The notes beneath the pieces were generated by a model, which did no database searches, was not told where the DNA came from, and saw only the letters and a list, made by a program, of their open reading frames with translations. DNA of 55,776 nucleotides, from contig JAQVDU010000002.1 of NCBI GenBank assembly GCA_028698175.1, forward strand, positions 1-55,776, read 5' to 3'. Of this stretch, positions 55,533 to 55,776 are shown one piece after another; positions within the stretch are counted from its first letter, which is position 1; each line of letters begins with the position of its first letter. Source of the stretch: a bacterium (GTDB lineage: Bacteria > Hydrothermota > 32-111). The translations under genes and the position numbers were made by a program.

Positions 55533-55776
55533 TTCTAAAGTCAAGTCCCATTGATGAAAACCTGTAAAAAATGCAGAATTGTGTTATTTTTATTTTCAAT
55601 TTTTATTTCAATCTGCTGTCTGTGGACATCCGTCTGTAAAATCATGGACGATAAAATTGGTGCCCCTTTAGAACTTATGTTGCATCTTCTAACATCCAAC
55701 AATTCACCAGCAAGCCTTTCCCGTCATTGCGACGAGTCTTCGAAGAAGCAATCTCTATGCTTCTATTCGGTGGTTT

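Noticed and set aside
55554-55776. An open frame running to the window end (MKTCKKCRIVLFLFSIFISICCLW...SRHCDESSKKQSL). It includes an inverted-repeat-like stretch, cattgcgacgag-tcttcgaaga-agcaatc, near 55725-55755.
   Set aside because: There is no SD and no recognisable family, and the frame is cut by the window edge. The palindromic stretch may belong to a non-coding repeat element rather than a gene. This cannot be evaluated without the downstream sequence.
1-55776. A search by eye for CRISPR arrays, tRNA/rRNA genes, riboswitch-sized leaders, IS elements, integrases and prophage or defence-system hallmarks.
   Set aside because: Non-coding DNA is limited to spacers of at most ~175 nt, all accounted for by terminators, promoters, oriC or parS. 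No regularly spaced direct repeats and no recombinase, nuclease-helicase, toxin-antitoxin or similar signatures were recognised. A covariance-model scan (tRNAscan/Infernal) would be needed to exclude small RNAs formally.

Overview
Dense, almost gap-free coding window: about 48 protein genes. I found no rRNA, tRNA, CRISPR array, integrase or transposase by eye. It covers the chromosomal replication-origin neighbourhood. The order is pepF, then dnaA-dnaN with DnaA boxes and an AT-rich spacer, then ponA-like PBP1A and rsmG-parA-parB with two perfect parS palindromes. By inference the host is an uncultivated, anaerobic, strongly proteolytic bacterium of the FCB-type radiation (Cloacimonadota/Fibrobacterota/WOR-3-like). 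This rests on five proteins ending in T9SS-type C-terminal sorting domains, clear Shine-Dalgarno usage, and an anaerobe oxidative-stress operon. The content falls into six blocks. (1) nt 2-2686: the 3' part of an outer-membrane barrel gene and an adenine/adenosine deaminase. (2) nt 2762-22157: a secreted/T9SS-cargo arsenal (tandem 598-aa paralogues, S8 protease, beta-propeller protein, M28 peptidase, a Tyr/Asp-rich barrel with an Ig-like lipoprotein), interrupted by purE-tsaC-pmbA-tldD. (3) nt 22213-35036: a minus-strand run of ten genes with no intergenic nucleotides at all. It combines two different priming phosphoglycosyl transferases, Wzi-like, epimerase, WbpD-like and WbpE-like enzymes, a UvrC lacking its (HhH)2 domain, an ABC exporter pair and a secreted alpha/beta-hydrolase. 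(4) The origin/partition region. (5) Three tandem M42 (TET-type) aminopeptidases followed by an M23 peptidase-bactofilin-lipoprotein module. (6) A minus-strand oxidative-stress operon: ogg2-perR-hrb-fprA-ftn-dfx-rbr. The most novel candidates are three. One is a ThuA/GATase1-like module present seven times in five secreted proteins. The second is the self-contained Tyr-rich barrel plus Ig-like lipoprotein operon. The third is the gapless glycan/uvrC/ABC/hydrolase operon, which could supply the anchor glycan for the T9SS cargo. All family calls come from motif recognition in the supplied translations. No database search was run.
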